From contig JAEHCO010000011.1 in NCBI GenBank assembly GCA_020697715.1, forward strand, positions 1 through 20,780: DNA of 20,780 nt. The letters run 5' to 3'. The translations under genes and the position numbers were made by a program. The stretch comes from Methanobacteriota archaeon (GTDB lineage: Archaea > Thermoplasmatota > Thermoplasmata > SG8-5 > JAGLSY01). Positions 9,411-17,071 of the stretch are shown one piece after another. The notes beneath the pieces were generated by a model that did not search any database, had not been told where the DNA came from, and saw nothing but the letters and a program-made list of their open reading frames with translations. Within the stretch, counting starts at the first letter, position 1. Every line of letters starts with the position of its first letter.

Positions 9411-9696
9411 GCTTACTACCCCTTTTTTTGTTCCTGAATTTGGATTCCAGCTCTTTGTCCGAGAAGATCTCATTGTTCAACAGATGCATTCTCTCGCTTT
9501 CTGGAATATCAGATACTTTTACTATGAGATATGGTGATGCGACCGGTCCTATGGTCTTGACCACATGCCCGATCTTGATCTTTCTTCTGTCAAATACCCA
9601 TGTGCCAGGCCTATGTGCCTCGCTGGTCTTGACAAGGAGCTCACCCTTGTGATTCATATCATTGACTGTACCCAGGGATTTCATCTCCAACCTCAT
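9382..9696 (-). CDS. gar1: H/ACA RNP subunit Gar1/Naf1 family protein
   Basis: LGTV...GELLVK...VFD....IGHV...[12 protein letters not shown] signature; basic tail; position upstream of and overlapping tfb is a known archaeal arrangement. Confidence 0.85.
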   Translation of the reverse strand: MRLEMKSLGTVNDMNHKGELLVKTSEAHRPGTWVFDRRKIKIGHVVKTIGPVASPYLIVKVSDIPESERMHLLNNEIFSDKELESKFRNKKRGSKHGKKKRRPR

Positions 9697-9727
9697 GGTC
9701 TAAGTAATTTTGGAAACCTCCCTAAGA

Positions 9728-9803
9728 AAAAGTTGTATATATACTTTTCGCAATCACTTATATTCTTTATTGCGATTTTCGCGAAAGGTTTTTATATCTT
9801 TCG
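9728..9803. promoter_or_regulatory. Stacked BRE/TATA elements and palindromes upstream of gar1-tfb
   Basis: GTATATATAC 9735-9744; TCGCAAT/ATTGCGA 9748-9775; TTTCGCGAAA 9777-9786; CGAAAG-GTTTTTATAT-CTTTCG 9782-9803. Confidence 0.55.
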
Positions 9804-9859
9804 TTAGGAGCGAATATGGATATATTGCGCAGAAGATAGTTCATTGTAGAAATAGATAG

Positions 9860-9885
9860 AATCCCAAGCCTAAAGACTTGGGATT
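9860..9885 (-). terminator. Hairpin terminator after the aminopeptidase gene
   Basis: AATCCCAAG-N8-CTTGGGATT, 17 nt past the stop, then a pyrimidine-rich tail on the minus strand. Confidence 0.65.
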
Positions 9886-9902
9886 TCCCTCATATCTTGT
9901 AT

Positions 9903-11336
9903 CTACAATTCCTTCTCAGTGAAGAAAGCACTGTATGCTTTGTATGTATTGTAGATATCTGCCTTGCTCGCGATCTCGAAAGGCGAGTGCATGCCTATGA
10001 GAGCTGGACCGCAGTCAATGGTATCAATACTGTTCTCCGCGATGAACCTGGCAACAGTACCACCGCCGCCCTCGTCGACCTTACCCAGTTGGGCATACTG
10101 CCATGGGACATTGTTCTTGTTGAAGAGGTTGCGTACCTGTCCAGTGAACTCCGCCGAGGCATCGTTAGCTCCGCCTTTTCCACGGGCTCCACCGTACTTA
10201 CAAATGACAATTCCGTGCCCCATCCTGGCCGAGTTTTGGGCCTCGTGGACTTCCTTGAAATTGGGCTGCATAGCGACATCGACATCTCCAGACAGGCAAT
10301 AACCATTGGAAATGGCCATTTTAAGAGTGGAGTATTTGAATCCAGGGGTCAATCTCTCCATCAGCATGATGAAGGACAGTTCGAGATAATTGGATTGGGC
10401 GCCAGTTGCTCCCACGCTGCCTATCTCCTCTTTGTCGAAGAAGTAAGCGATACTCGTGTACTCTGGTGATTTGACATCCATGATGGCTCTGAAGGACGTG
10501 TAGGCGCAGGCACGGTCGTCCTGACCGTATGCTCCTATCATGCTCCTGTCCAGACCGATATCGCGGGGGTTCATTGCGGGAACCGCCTCCAATTCAGCAC
10601 TTACCAGGTCCTCTTCGGTAATACCATACTTGTCATTCAGTATCTTCAAGATATTGAGTTTCAGCTTCTCTTTTGCCTCTTTCTCGGTCTTCAGGGGCAT
10701 ATGGCCGGCCAGGATCCTCAATTCCTCGCCACGGATCCCGTCAAAGATCTTCCTGTCGCCCTGAGCCTTGTGAGCCAGATGAGGCAGGAGATCAGATATT
10801 ACAAAGGCTGGATCATCCTCGCCCTCGCCAATATTGATCTTCACTGTCTTACCAGTGGATGTGACCACGACACCATGGATGGCCAGAGGGATGTTCACCC
10901 ACTGGTACTTCTTGATGCCGCCGTAGTAATGTGTCTTGAATATTGCAAGCTCTATGTCAGAGTCCTCATACAGAGGCTTCTGCTTCAGATCGATGCGTGG
11001 GCTGTCAACATGGCTGGCTACCAGGCGATAGCCATCGGTGAGAGGCTTCTTTCCAATGACCGCCATGCACATGGTCTTGTTGCGGTTGACCATGTAGACC
11101 TTGTCGCCAGTTTTCAGCTTCTTGACCTTATTGATGTCCTTGAAGCCAGCCTTTGCAGCCTGGGCCACAAAAGCATCGACAACTTCCCGCTCGGTCTTAT
11201 TGACCTTCAGGAACTCTTTATAATCATCCGAAAAATCAAAAGTTGCCTTGACGGCCTTCTTGTCTGCGTCGTTCCAGTAGCTCTCTGTCTTAAGTGTTAA
11301 TTTCTTCTCCAATGAGGATTCTGATTTCTTTGCCAT
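9903..11336 (-). CDS. M18 family aminopeptidase (aminopeptidase I / ApeA type)
   Basis: Metal-ligand motifs SHVDSP, QDDR, EEIGS, GDV, GMHSP plus HYYGGIKKYQW. Confidence 0.92.
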   Translation of the reverse strand: MAKKSESSLEKKLTLKTESYWNDADKKAVKATFDFSDDYKEFLKVNKTEREVVDAFVAQAAKAGFKDINKVKKLKTGDKVYMVNRNKTMCMAVIGKKPLTDGYRLVASHVDSPRIDLKQKPLYEDSDIELAIFKTHYYGGIKKYQWVNIPLAIHGVVVTSTGKTVKINIGEGEDDPAFVISDLLPHLAHKAQGDRKIFDGIRGEELRILAGHMPLKTEKEAKEKLKLNILKILNDKYGITEEDLVSAELEAVPAMNPRDIGLDRSMIGAYGQDDRACAYTSFRAIMDVKSPEYTSIAYFFDKEEIGSVGATGAQSNYLELSFIMLMERLTPGFKYSTLKMAISNGYCLSGDVDVAMQPNFKEVHEAQNSARMGHGIVICKYGGARGKGGANDASAEFTGQVRNLFNKNNVPWQYAQLGKVDEGGGGTVARFIAENSIDTIDCGPALIGMHSPFEIASKADIYNTYKAYSAFFTEKEL

Positions 11337-11497
11337 TACCTACACCCCTGTAAATTATGTATGGTACCCCCAAGTATATAGAGTATTTATCGGTTTTCCC
11401 AAGAAAGCAGTAACGATTGTGTAAGTTGTGCAGAGAAATACAATGGAAATTAGACTGCTCTGATATGTGATCTTGAACATCTGAATAACGCAGATGT

Positions 11498-11577
11498 CCA
11501 ATCAGTACTCAAGATCTTCATCACGGAACAATCGGCATGCGCCAATAGTTCTCAGCAAGAGTTCAATCATCACAGAA
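11498..11577 (-). ncRNA. Box C/D methylation-guide sRNA
   Basis: Minus strand: C GUGAUGA (11573-11567), 11-nt guide UUGAACUCUUG, D' CUGA (11555-11552), hairpin spacer, C' GUGAUGA (11524-11518), 12-nt guide AGAUCUUGAGUA, D CUGA (11505-11502). TATA-like TTTTAATA at 11603-11596 is correctly spaced. Confidence 0.9.
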
Positions 11578-11624
11578 TCACTAATTCCAATTCATTATTA
11601 AAATCCTTTGTATGGAATTAGTGA
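11578..11624 (-). promoter_or_regulatory. sRNA promoter enclosed by a 12-bp perfect inverted repeat
   Basis: TCACTAATTCCA (11578-11589) / TGGAATTAGTGA (11613-11624) flank minus-strand CAAAGGA-TTTTAATA. Confidence 0.65.
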
Positions 11625-11637
11625 ATCTGCTCGTGTA

Positions 11638-11713
11638 GGCCATATCCTATTAATGCGGCGTCATGGGCGCCGCATCACTTTGCTGATTCTTCTTACGGAT
11701 ACGGCGGTATTCT
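11638..11713 (-). ncRNA. Putative structured RNA motif A, copy 1
   Basis: AGAAUACC-GCCGUAUCC..GAAGAAUCAGCA-[hairpin AUGCGGCG/CGCCGCAU]-GGAUAUGGC-C; homologous to 11776-11849 and 18074-18146. Confidence 0.55.
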
Positions 11714-11775
11714 TTCTGATTAATTCCAATTCATTATTAAAATCCTTTGTATGGAATTAGTGAATCTGCTCATGT

Positions 11776-11849
11776 GGCCATATCCTATCTGCGCGGCGTT
11801 ATGATCGCCGCATCACTTTACTGAATTATCTTACGGATACGGCAGTCTT
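11776..11849 (-). ncRNA. Putative structured RNA motif A, copy 2
   Basis: Same GCCGUAUCC/GGAUAUGGC stem and GCGGCG/CGCCGC hairpin; begins directly after the tmk stop. Confidence 0.5.
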
Positions 11850-12473
11850 TTAGTGCTGATGTTTAAAGCTTTCCTCAAGAATATCCTGTATATCAGCCAG
11901 CACCTTCTCAGCTGGCTGTCTCGCATTTATGATCCTCATACGGCCCTCGGTCTTCGCTATCCTGAGATAATTGGCTCGCACTTTTTCCAAATAATTATGC
12001 TTCTCGAACTTGGAGAGCTCCTCCCTGACCTTCAGGCGCTCCAGGGATGTCTCCGGGTCTATGTCGAGAAGGAATGTGATGTCTGGCTCGCGGATGACCG
12101 TGCTGTTCATCTGTGTTATCCAGTCCACCGAGTCGATGCCTTGCTTGGCCAGTAGTTCCTCAAGTGCCTCGCCCTGATAAGCGGTACTGGAATCACAATA
12201 CCGGTCAGAGATAACTACCTGACCGTCAGCCAGCTTCTTTTCCATGTCAAGCGTATGGGTCGCTCTGTCGGCCAAGAACAAGAAAACTTCGGTGTAGGGA
12301 CTGATCTCCTCGGTGTAGCTTCGGCGGACCGCCTGGCCCAGCCAGCTTTCCGAAGGCTCGAGGGTCAGGTACACTTCATGGCCCTTGGACTCAAGAATAC
12401 GGGCCAGTTCTTTTGAGGCCGTGCTCTTCCCACAGCCATCGATGCCTTCCAGAGTTATGAATAAGCCTGCCAT
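11850..12473 (-). CDS. tmk: Thymidylate (dTMP) kinase
   Basis: FITLEGIDGCGKST P-loop, FLADR, SDRY..S..AYQG, PD..FLLD. Start moved to ATG 12473 (MAGLFITLEG), which removes the overlap with the upstream ORF. Confidence 0.95.
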   Translation of the reverse strand: MAGLFITLEGIDGCGKSTASKELARILESKGHEVYLTLEPSESWLGQAVRRSYTEEISPYTEVFLFLADRATHTLDMEKKLADGQVVISDRYCDSSTAYQGEALEELLAKQGIDSVDWITQMNSTVIREPDITFLLDIDPETSLERLKVREELSKFEKHNYLEKVRANYLRIAKTEGRMRIINARQPAEKVLADIQDILEESFKHQH

Positions 12474-12537
12474 CAGGCTGGGAAAGGCCTGATGGTCAAA
12501 ATAGTTTGCGATTTTATTTTGCTCGGTCGTTCCCTTT

Positions 12538-13032
12538 TTAAACGGCAGGAGGCATTTCAAAGCAATCTTGTCCATTAATGAGAATTGATAAATTGTCAGG
12601 AAGCCAGATTAATTCGATTGTGTATTCTTCACCAGGAATTAAACCGGAGATTTCAAGATAATCTCCGGTATTTAATTCATAGCCAGCAGGGTAGTGATCA
12701 ACTAAAACAACAGTGACATTTGAATTCGATGATTCCACAATTGTGCAATTGGAATTGTGGTCTTCTGTAAATATGAATTCAGCTTGCTGGATATCACTTT
12801 TTAATCTCATCAATATTTCATCTGATTTGAATGGACCAGTAAAAAAATCATTCCCGAACTCTATTTTTGCCTCTGTTGGAGATGTCGTTTCAATACTGTT
12901 GAACCAATACCCTCCATCACCTACTGACTCATCGCTTGGCCAGAATACAATTAATAACGCAATTAGAATAACACAAACAATAATAATGAGAAATACTGGC
13001 TTCTTCATTTTGCCTACAGCCTTTTGTTCCAT
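12538..13032 (-). CDS. Small N-terminally anchored membrane protein with a beta-rich, possibly pilin-like, outer domain
   Basis: Basic N-terminus then hydrophobic VFLIIIVCVILIALLIVFW; C-terminal LNTGDYLEISGLIPGEEYTIELIW; GGAGTGA RBS. Confidence 0.7.
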   Translation of the reverse strand: MEQKAVGKMKKPVFLIIIVCVILIALLIVFWPSDESVGDGGYWFNSIETTSPTEAKIEFGNDFFTGPFKSDEILMRLKSDIQQAEFIFTEDHNSNCTIVESSNSNVTVVLVDHYPAGYELNTGDYLEISGLIPGEEYTIELIWLPDNLSILINGQDCFEMPPAV

Positions 13033-13122
13033 CCACTCACTCCCCTAACTGAATAGCGAATGTCCGGTAAAAACATTCGCATCACCTTAAACTACTTATC
13101 ATAGAAGGAAAATCCCAATCAC

Positions 13123-13761
13123 GTGTTCGCGAAGAAATGTATCCACTGGATAATCACGCCCTTCATAATTGCAGGGCTGATCTATTTCGTCATAGACCTG
13201 TCAAGTCTTGGTTTATGCTGGCTATGGCCTATCTTTGTATCGATCGGCATTTTCTTCATGATATTCTTCCGCGACCCAAAGCGCGAGATGGGAGATGGCA
13301 TCGTTGCTGCCGCTGATGGCGTCATCAGGGAAATAACTGATGACGGCCAGTATCTTAATCTATCGACATTCATGAACGTCCACAACGTTCATGTCAACCG
13401 CGCTCCGCTGGATGGGACAGTGGTGGACATCCAGCGTATCAAGGGAAGCTTCAAACCTGCCTTCTCTGGGGATGCTGGCGAGAACTCACGTGTCATGATC
13501 GATCTGGACACGGAGATCGGGAGAGTGAGAATAATCCAGATATCCGGGGTCTTCGCATACCGCATAGTGCCCTACATTGAGGTTGGCAAGCAGGTGAAAA
13601 AGGGAGATAGGATCGGCATCATCAGGTTCGGTTCCAGGGTGGATGTCATATTCCCCTCCAGAACCGTGAACCACACTGTCGAGCTCGGTCGTAAAATGAA
13701 GGCCAATATCAGCACACTGGCATATCCAATAACTAACTTTCGTGAGGAGGAAAGTCAATGA
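13123..13761 (+). CDS. psd: Phosphatidylserine/archaetidylserine decarboxylase proenzyme
   Basis: FFRDPKR, FMNVHNVHVNRAP and RFGSRVD (pyruvoyl self-cleavage) motifs; N-terminal TM segments; GTG start. Confidence 0.93.
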   Translation: MFAKKCIHWIITPFIIAGLIYFVIDLSSLGLCWLWPIFVSIGIFFMIFFRDPKREMGDGIVAAADGVIREITDDGQYLNLSTFMNVHNVHVNRAPLDGTVVDIQRIKGSFKPAFSGDAGENSRVMIDLDTEIGRVRIIQISGVFAYRIVPYIEVGKQVKKGDRIGIIRFGSRVDVIFPSRTVNHTVELGRKMKANISTLAYPITNFREEESQ

Positions 13762-14534
13762 GGTGGATGAGCCGTATATCCGCAGCCGATATCGTAACCC
13801 TGCTCAATGGATTGTCAGGATTGCTGGCCATCACGTATATCCTGGATGGGAAAATGATGGTCGCTTCTTGCTTCATCATACTGGCCATCGTGTTCGATGG
13901 TGTCGATGGAGCTGTCGCCAGGAAATTCGGCACTTCCCATGATTTCGGTCGTTTTCTGGATTCCATATCCGATTCTATTTCCTTCTGTTTCGCGCCCGCT
14001 TTACTGGTATATGGCAATCTTTATGACAAGGACCTCGGCAGTGCGTGGGTGAATATGCCTAATGCATTGGCTGTTGTCGCCACCATGTTCTTCGGTTCCT
14101 TCGGTATCCTGAGGTTGGCCAGATTCTCCAGCAAGGATTTCAAGCAAGGGTATTTCCTTGGATTTCCAACACCGGCTGCGGCGCTTGGCATCGTGATGTT
14201 CTGCAGTATCTTCGGAAACTCGGAGCTCAATCCCTTATCCAATGGCTTCGAGCCCAATTACATATTCGTATTCGCGATGGTACTGGCCTTCCTCATGGTG
14301 AGTGATGTACCATACCCGAAGATGAATAAGATATTCTTCGTATTGGCGGGGTTGACCGGACTACTCATCTCACTTCCATTCTTGATGTATCTGATGGATA
14401 TTGACATATTCTCCACTGCCACACTCGGCAATGTGGAATTGCTAGCCGCAATTCCATTCTCCGGATACCTTATCGGAGGGCCATTTATCACAAGCTGGAT
14501 GCGATGGAAAAGGAAGAAGAACAGAATTATTTGA
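13758..14534 (+). CDS. pssA: CDP-alcohol phosphatidyltransferase (archaetidylserine/phosphatidylserine synthase)
   Basis: DGVDGAVARKFGTSHDFGRFLDSISD signature, LRLARF, FLGFPTPAAA; ATGA overlap with psd and GAGG RBS. Confidence 0.92.
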   Translation: MRWMSRISAADIVTLLNGLSGLLAITYILDGKMMVASCFIILAIVFDGVDGAVARKFGTSHDFGRFLDSISDSISFCFAPALLVYGNLYDKDLGSAWVNMPNALAVVATMFFGSFGILRLARFSSKDFKQGYFLGFPTPAAALGIVMFCSIFGNSELNPLSNGFEPNYIFVFAMVLAFLMVSDVPYPKMNKIFFVLAGLTGLLISLPFLMYLMDIDIFSTATLGNVELLAAIPFSGYLIGGPFITSWMRWKRKKNRII

Positions 14535-14556
14535 TGTACTAACAATTTGCATTCAG

Positions 14557-14691
14557 CATGCCCCGTCTGGATGATAGAATTATGTCATCTGGAGGGCGGG
14601 GTACTGTATTCAATGAACATTCGAGTGACAAATACCAACGTGCTCCCTATTTAGAACCCCGTCTGAGTTCAGCGATGGCCGGGGGTGTCAA
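14557..14691 (+). repeat. Structured repeat B, left copy (135 nt)
   Basis: CATGCCCCGTCTG...GTCATCTGGAGGGCGGGGTACT...CGAGTGACA...CGATGG...TCAA; alignable end to end with the reverse complement of 16935-17071. Confidence 0.9.
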
Positions 14692-14812
14692 ACTCTCTGA
14701 AGTCCCAAAACATCCGAGTTAGGGATCAAAATCCCCACACCAAACTGGTCAATAATTTCCAGTTCTATTATATACTCAATTCCCCATTTTCGTGATATCA
14801 GGAGATAATGAA

Positions 14813-15763
14813 ATGAACAATAACAATGAGATCGCGATAGAGGTCAAGGGCGTGGCCAAGACCTATGATAAGGACGTTGAGGCACTGAAAGGTGTGGACT
14901 TCACCATCAATAAAGGCGAGGTCTTCACACTCCTCGGCCCCAATGGTGCTGGCAAGACCACTTTCATAAGGATACTGTGCACTCAGCTAATGCCCTCCAG
15001 AGGGGATATAACGATACTTGGAGATAGTGTGGTGGATGATCCGAATGCGGTCAGGGAGAATATCGCCATGGTGCCCCAGGATGCGATGGCCTATTCCAAT
15101 TTCACGCCCTGGGATTATGCATATGCCTTCTGCCTGCTGAGAGGGATGGATAAAGAAAAGGCCAAGAGAAAGGCCGAGGAAACCCTAAAGGCCGTTCTTA
15201 TGTGGGATATGAAAGATAAGCCATGCCAGGAGATGTCTGGCGGGGAGAAGAAAAGGGCGCTCATCGCTGCAACTATTGCCAGTGATGCCCCGATATTGGT
15301 ATTGGATGAGCCAACATCCGGCCTGGATGCCATAGGCAGACGCAATGTCTGGTCGGCCCTTCGGGACAGAGCCGCGCAGGGAAAGACCATTATCCTATCA
15401 ACTCACATGATGGATGAGGCCGAGATGGTGTCTGATAGGCTGGCCATAATAAAAAAAGGGGAACTGGTCACTATCGGCTCCACCAATGAGATCAAGAAAG
15501 CAGTACCATTCAAATACAGGATCATCGCGCCTGAAGATGCCATTGACAAGACCAAGTACACCGAGGTCACCAAGATCGGCGACAGAGCGGTCGTATACCT
15601 TACCAGCGACACAGAAGCTATCCAGTTAGTGTCTGATATGTTGAAGAAGGGCGTGAATGCCGAAGCTTCCCCCGTCACACTTGAGGATGCTTTTGTCAGA
15701 TTGGCTGGAGGCGACATATACGAGCTCAATGAAGAGGATAAGAAGGAGGTGAAGGTGAAATGA
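14813..15763 (+). CDS. ABC transporter ATP-binding protein (DrrA/CcmA-like exporter)
   Basis: Walker A GPNGAGKTT, signature MSGGE, Walker B LVLDEPTSGLD, H-loop STH, C-terminal TLEDAFV. Start set at ATG 14813 behind GGAG. Confidence 0.95.
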   Translation: MNNNNEIAIEVKGVAKTYDKDVEALKGVDFTINKGEVFTLLGPNGAGKTTFIRILCTQLMPSRGDITILGDSVVDDPNAVRENIAMVPQDAMAYSNFTPWDYAYAFCLLRGMDKEKAKRKAEETLKAVLMWDMKDKPCQEMSGGEKKRALIAATIASDAPILVLDEPTSGLDAIGRRNVWSALRDRAAQGKTIILSTHMMDEAEMVSDRLAIIKKGELVTIGSTNEIKKAVPFKYRIIAPEDAIDKTKYTEVTKIGDRAVVYLTSDTEAIQLVSDMLKKGVNAEASPVTLEDAFVRLAGGDIYELNEEDKKEVKVK

Positions 15764-16527
15764 TGGACATGAAGAAGTTCATCAGAGACACCTGGACCAT
15801 CACCTGGCTCAAATCTGTTCCCGACCTCAAGCGCCAGCCAGGCATATTGTTAATCCTCATGGGTTTCGCAGCCATACCCCTGTTCTTCATCACCCTCTTT
15901 GGTGGAGAGGACATGATGGATGTTGGACTGATAGGAGTGATAGTGTCCAGCATAGGTTTCATCGGCATATCGGCATCCATACAGGACCTTACCTGGGATA
16001 GATATGTCAAGCTCAAGGAGATGGTCGTGGCCATGCCAGTGCATCCGGTGGCTTATGCACTGGGGCTTACATTGGCTGCCCTGGTATTCACATTGCCAGG
16101 AGCAGTGGCCTTCACCATTTTCGGGCTTTACAGAGGTCTCTTTGATATCACCTCGATAATCATGATGGTCGGATCATTGTTACTATGCTGGGGCGGCCTT
16201 TCCGTAATGGGATTCACAGTTGCCACTTACCTGCACAAGTCAAGCCCAAATTCATTAGGGGTCTTGGCAAACCTTCTGAGCCTTGGGTTCGTATTCCTAC
16301 CGCCAGTATATTATTCCGAGACAATGCTGGAAAATGTGGGCGGCATGGACATCTCATGGGTAGTATACCTGCTTCCAACAACCAACTCCGCAGCCATAAT
16401 ACGATATTCCACTGGCTTGACAGAATGGGATGCCAGTGCCTTCATGCTTCACTGGGTGGCACTTGTAGTGATCCTTGTACTCTTCTCGGTCTTGGTCATC
16501 ACAAAGGCCAGGTGGAGAGAACCATAG
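15760..16527 (+). CDS. ABC-2 type exporter permease
   Basis: About six TM segments, FLPPVYY and YLLPTT motifs; ATGA overlap with the ATPase; GGAGGTGA RBS. Confidence 0.9.
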   Translation: MMDMKKFIRDTWTITWLKSVPDLKRQPGILLILMGFAAIPLFFITLFGGEDMMDVGLIGVIVSSIGFIGISASIQDLTWDRYVKLKEMVVAMPVHPVAYALGLTLAALVFTLPGAVAFTIFGLYRGLFDITSIIMMVGSLLLCWGGLSVMGFTVATYLHKSSPNSLGVLANLLSLGFVFLPPVYYSETMLENVGGMDISWVVYLLPTTNSAAIIRYSTGLTEWDASAFMLHWVALVVILVLFSVLVITKARWREP

Positions 16528-16582
16528 GCTTCCTGGAAACAATTAATAATGCCCCCTTCAATTCTGTTTGGAGGAGTTGAAC

Positions 16583-16906
16583 ATGGTCAAACCACCGCAG
16601 TACGAGGCAATGGATGAAACAAGGGCCTTCGAGACACCCAGAGCTTTCATAGAGGTCTTTGGAGAGGACAGCGAATATGAGCTTGAGAGAGAGGAGCCTC
16701 GCAGGGATCCAAATCCACCAGCTGGCCCAAGAGAATTCACATCATACCATGTCATGAAGGGGAATGAGAAAGTGGCCACGATACATTACAATGGCCACAT
16801 ATCCTGCTATGATGAGAGCATCCAGGACAAGATGGACAAGGTATCCGAGATACTTGAGAGGCATGCGAATGAGGCATATCTCAGAGTGATGGGCGGCGAA
16901 CGCTGA
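16583..16906 (+). CDS. Small acidic hypothetical protein (107 aa)
   Basis: GGAGGAG RBS before ATG 16583; AT-rich promoter-like AATTAATAA upstream; no family recognised. Confidence 0.75.
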   Translation: MVKPPQYEAMDETRAFETPRAFIEVFGEDSEYELEREEPRRDPNPPAGPREFTSYHVMKGNEKVATIHYNGHISCYDESIQDKMDKVSEILERHANEAYLRVMGGER

Positions 16907-16934
16907 GCTTCATTATTTTAAAAACTGCCAAAGA

Positions 16935-17071
16935 TTGAACCCCCTCGCCCATCGTTGGACTCCTGGCGAGGTTCCCGAATAGGAAGCAATTGGTGACTGT
17001 CACTCGTAGGGTCATCGAATATAGTACCCCGCCCTCCAGATGACAGGATACTGTCATTCAGACGGGGCATG
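16935..17071 (-). repeat. Structured repeat B, right copy (137 nt, inverted)
   Basis: Reverse complement reads CATGCCCCGTCTGAATGACAGTATCCTGTCATCTGGAGGGCGGGGTACT...GGGGGTTCAA. Confidence 0.9.

Larger units (their letters stand above)
11582..11849. repeat. 139-bp tandem duplication (units start at 11582 and 11721)
   Basis: First 51 nt are identical between units; the remainder is diverged but alignable, with hairpins preserved. Confidence 0.95.
14557..17071. mobile_element. Putative non-autonomous insertion cassette carrying the ABC exporter and one small ORF
   Basis: Long inverted repeats with CATG outer ends; flanks TTTGCATTCAG (14546-14556) and TTCGCATTCAT (17072-17082) match 9/11 as a direct repeat; no transposase inside. 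Confidence 0.45.

Noticed and set aside
9404-11300. Plus-strand ORFs opposite gar1 and the aminopeptidase, and 9565-9807
   Set aside because: Antisense shadows or read-through of promoter DNA.
11582-11849. CRISPR array
   Set aside because: Only two units, the intervening sequences are homologous rather than unique spacers, and no cas genes are present.
12474-12575. N-terminal extension of Tmk (and similarly of TFB, 9411-9473)
   Set aside because: Longest-ORF artefacts overlapping upstream genes; family homology starts at the downstream ATG.
14558-14722. Repeat B as a small-protein gene (MPRLDDRIMSSGGRGT..., 54 aa; partner MPRLNDSILSSGGRGT... at 17070-16918, 50 aa)
   Set aside because: Both copies are open from an ATG, but most substitutions are non-synonymous, indels shift the frame in the 3' half and there is no RBS. 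Not fully excluded without ribosome profiling.
8339-16527. Pyrrolysine read-through of TAG stops
   Set aside because: TAG ends tfb, the aminopeptidase, the regulator and the permease at plausible C-termini; no in-frame amber interrupts a recognisable domain.
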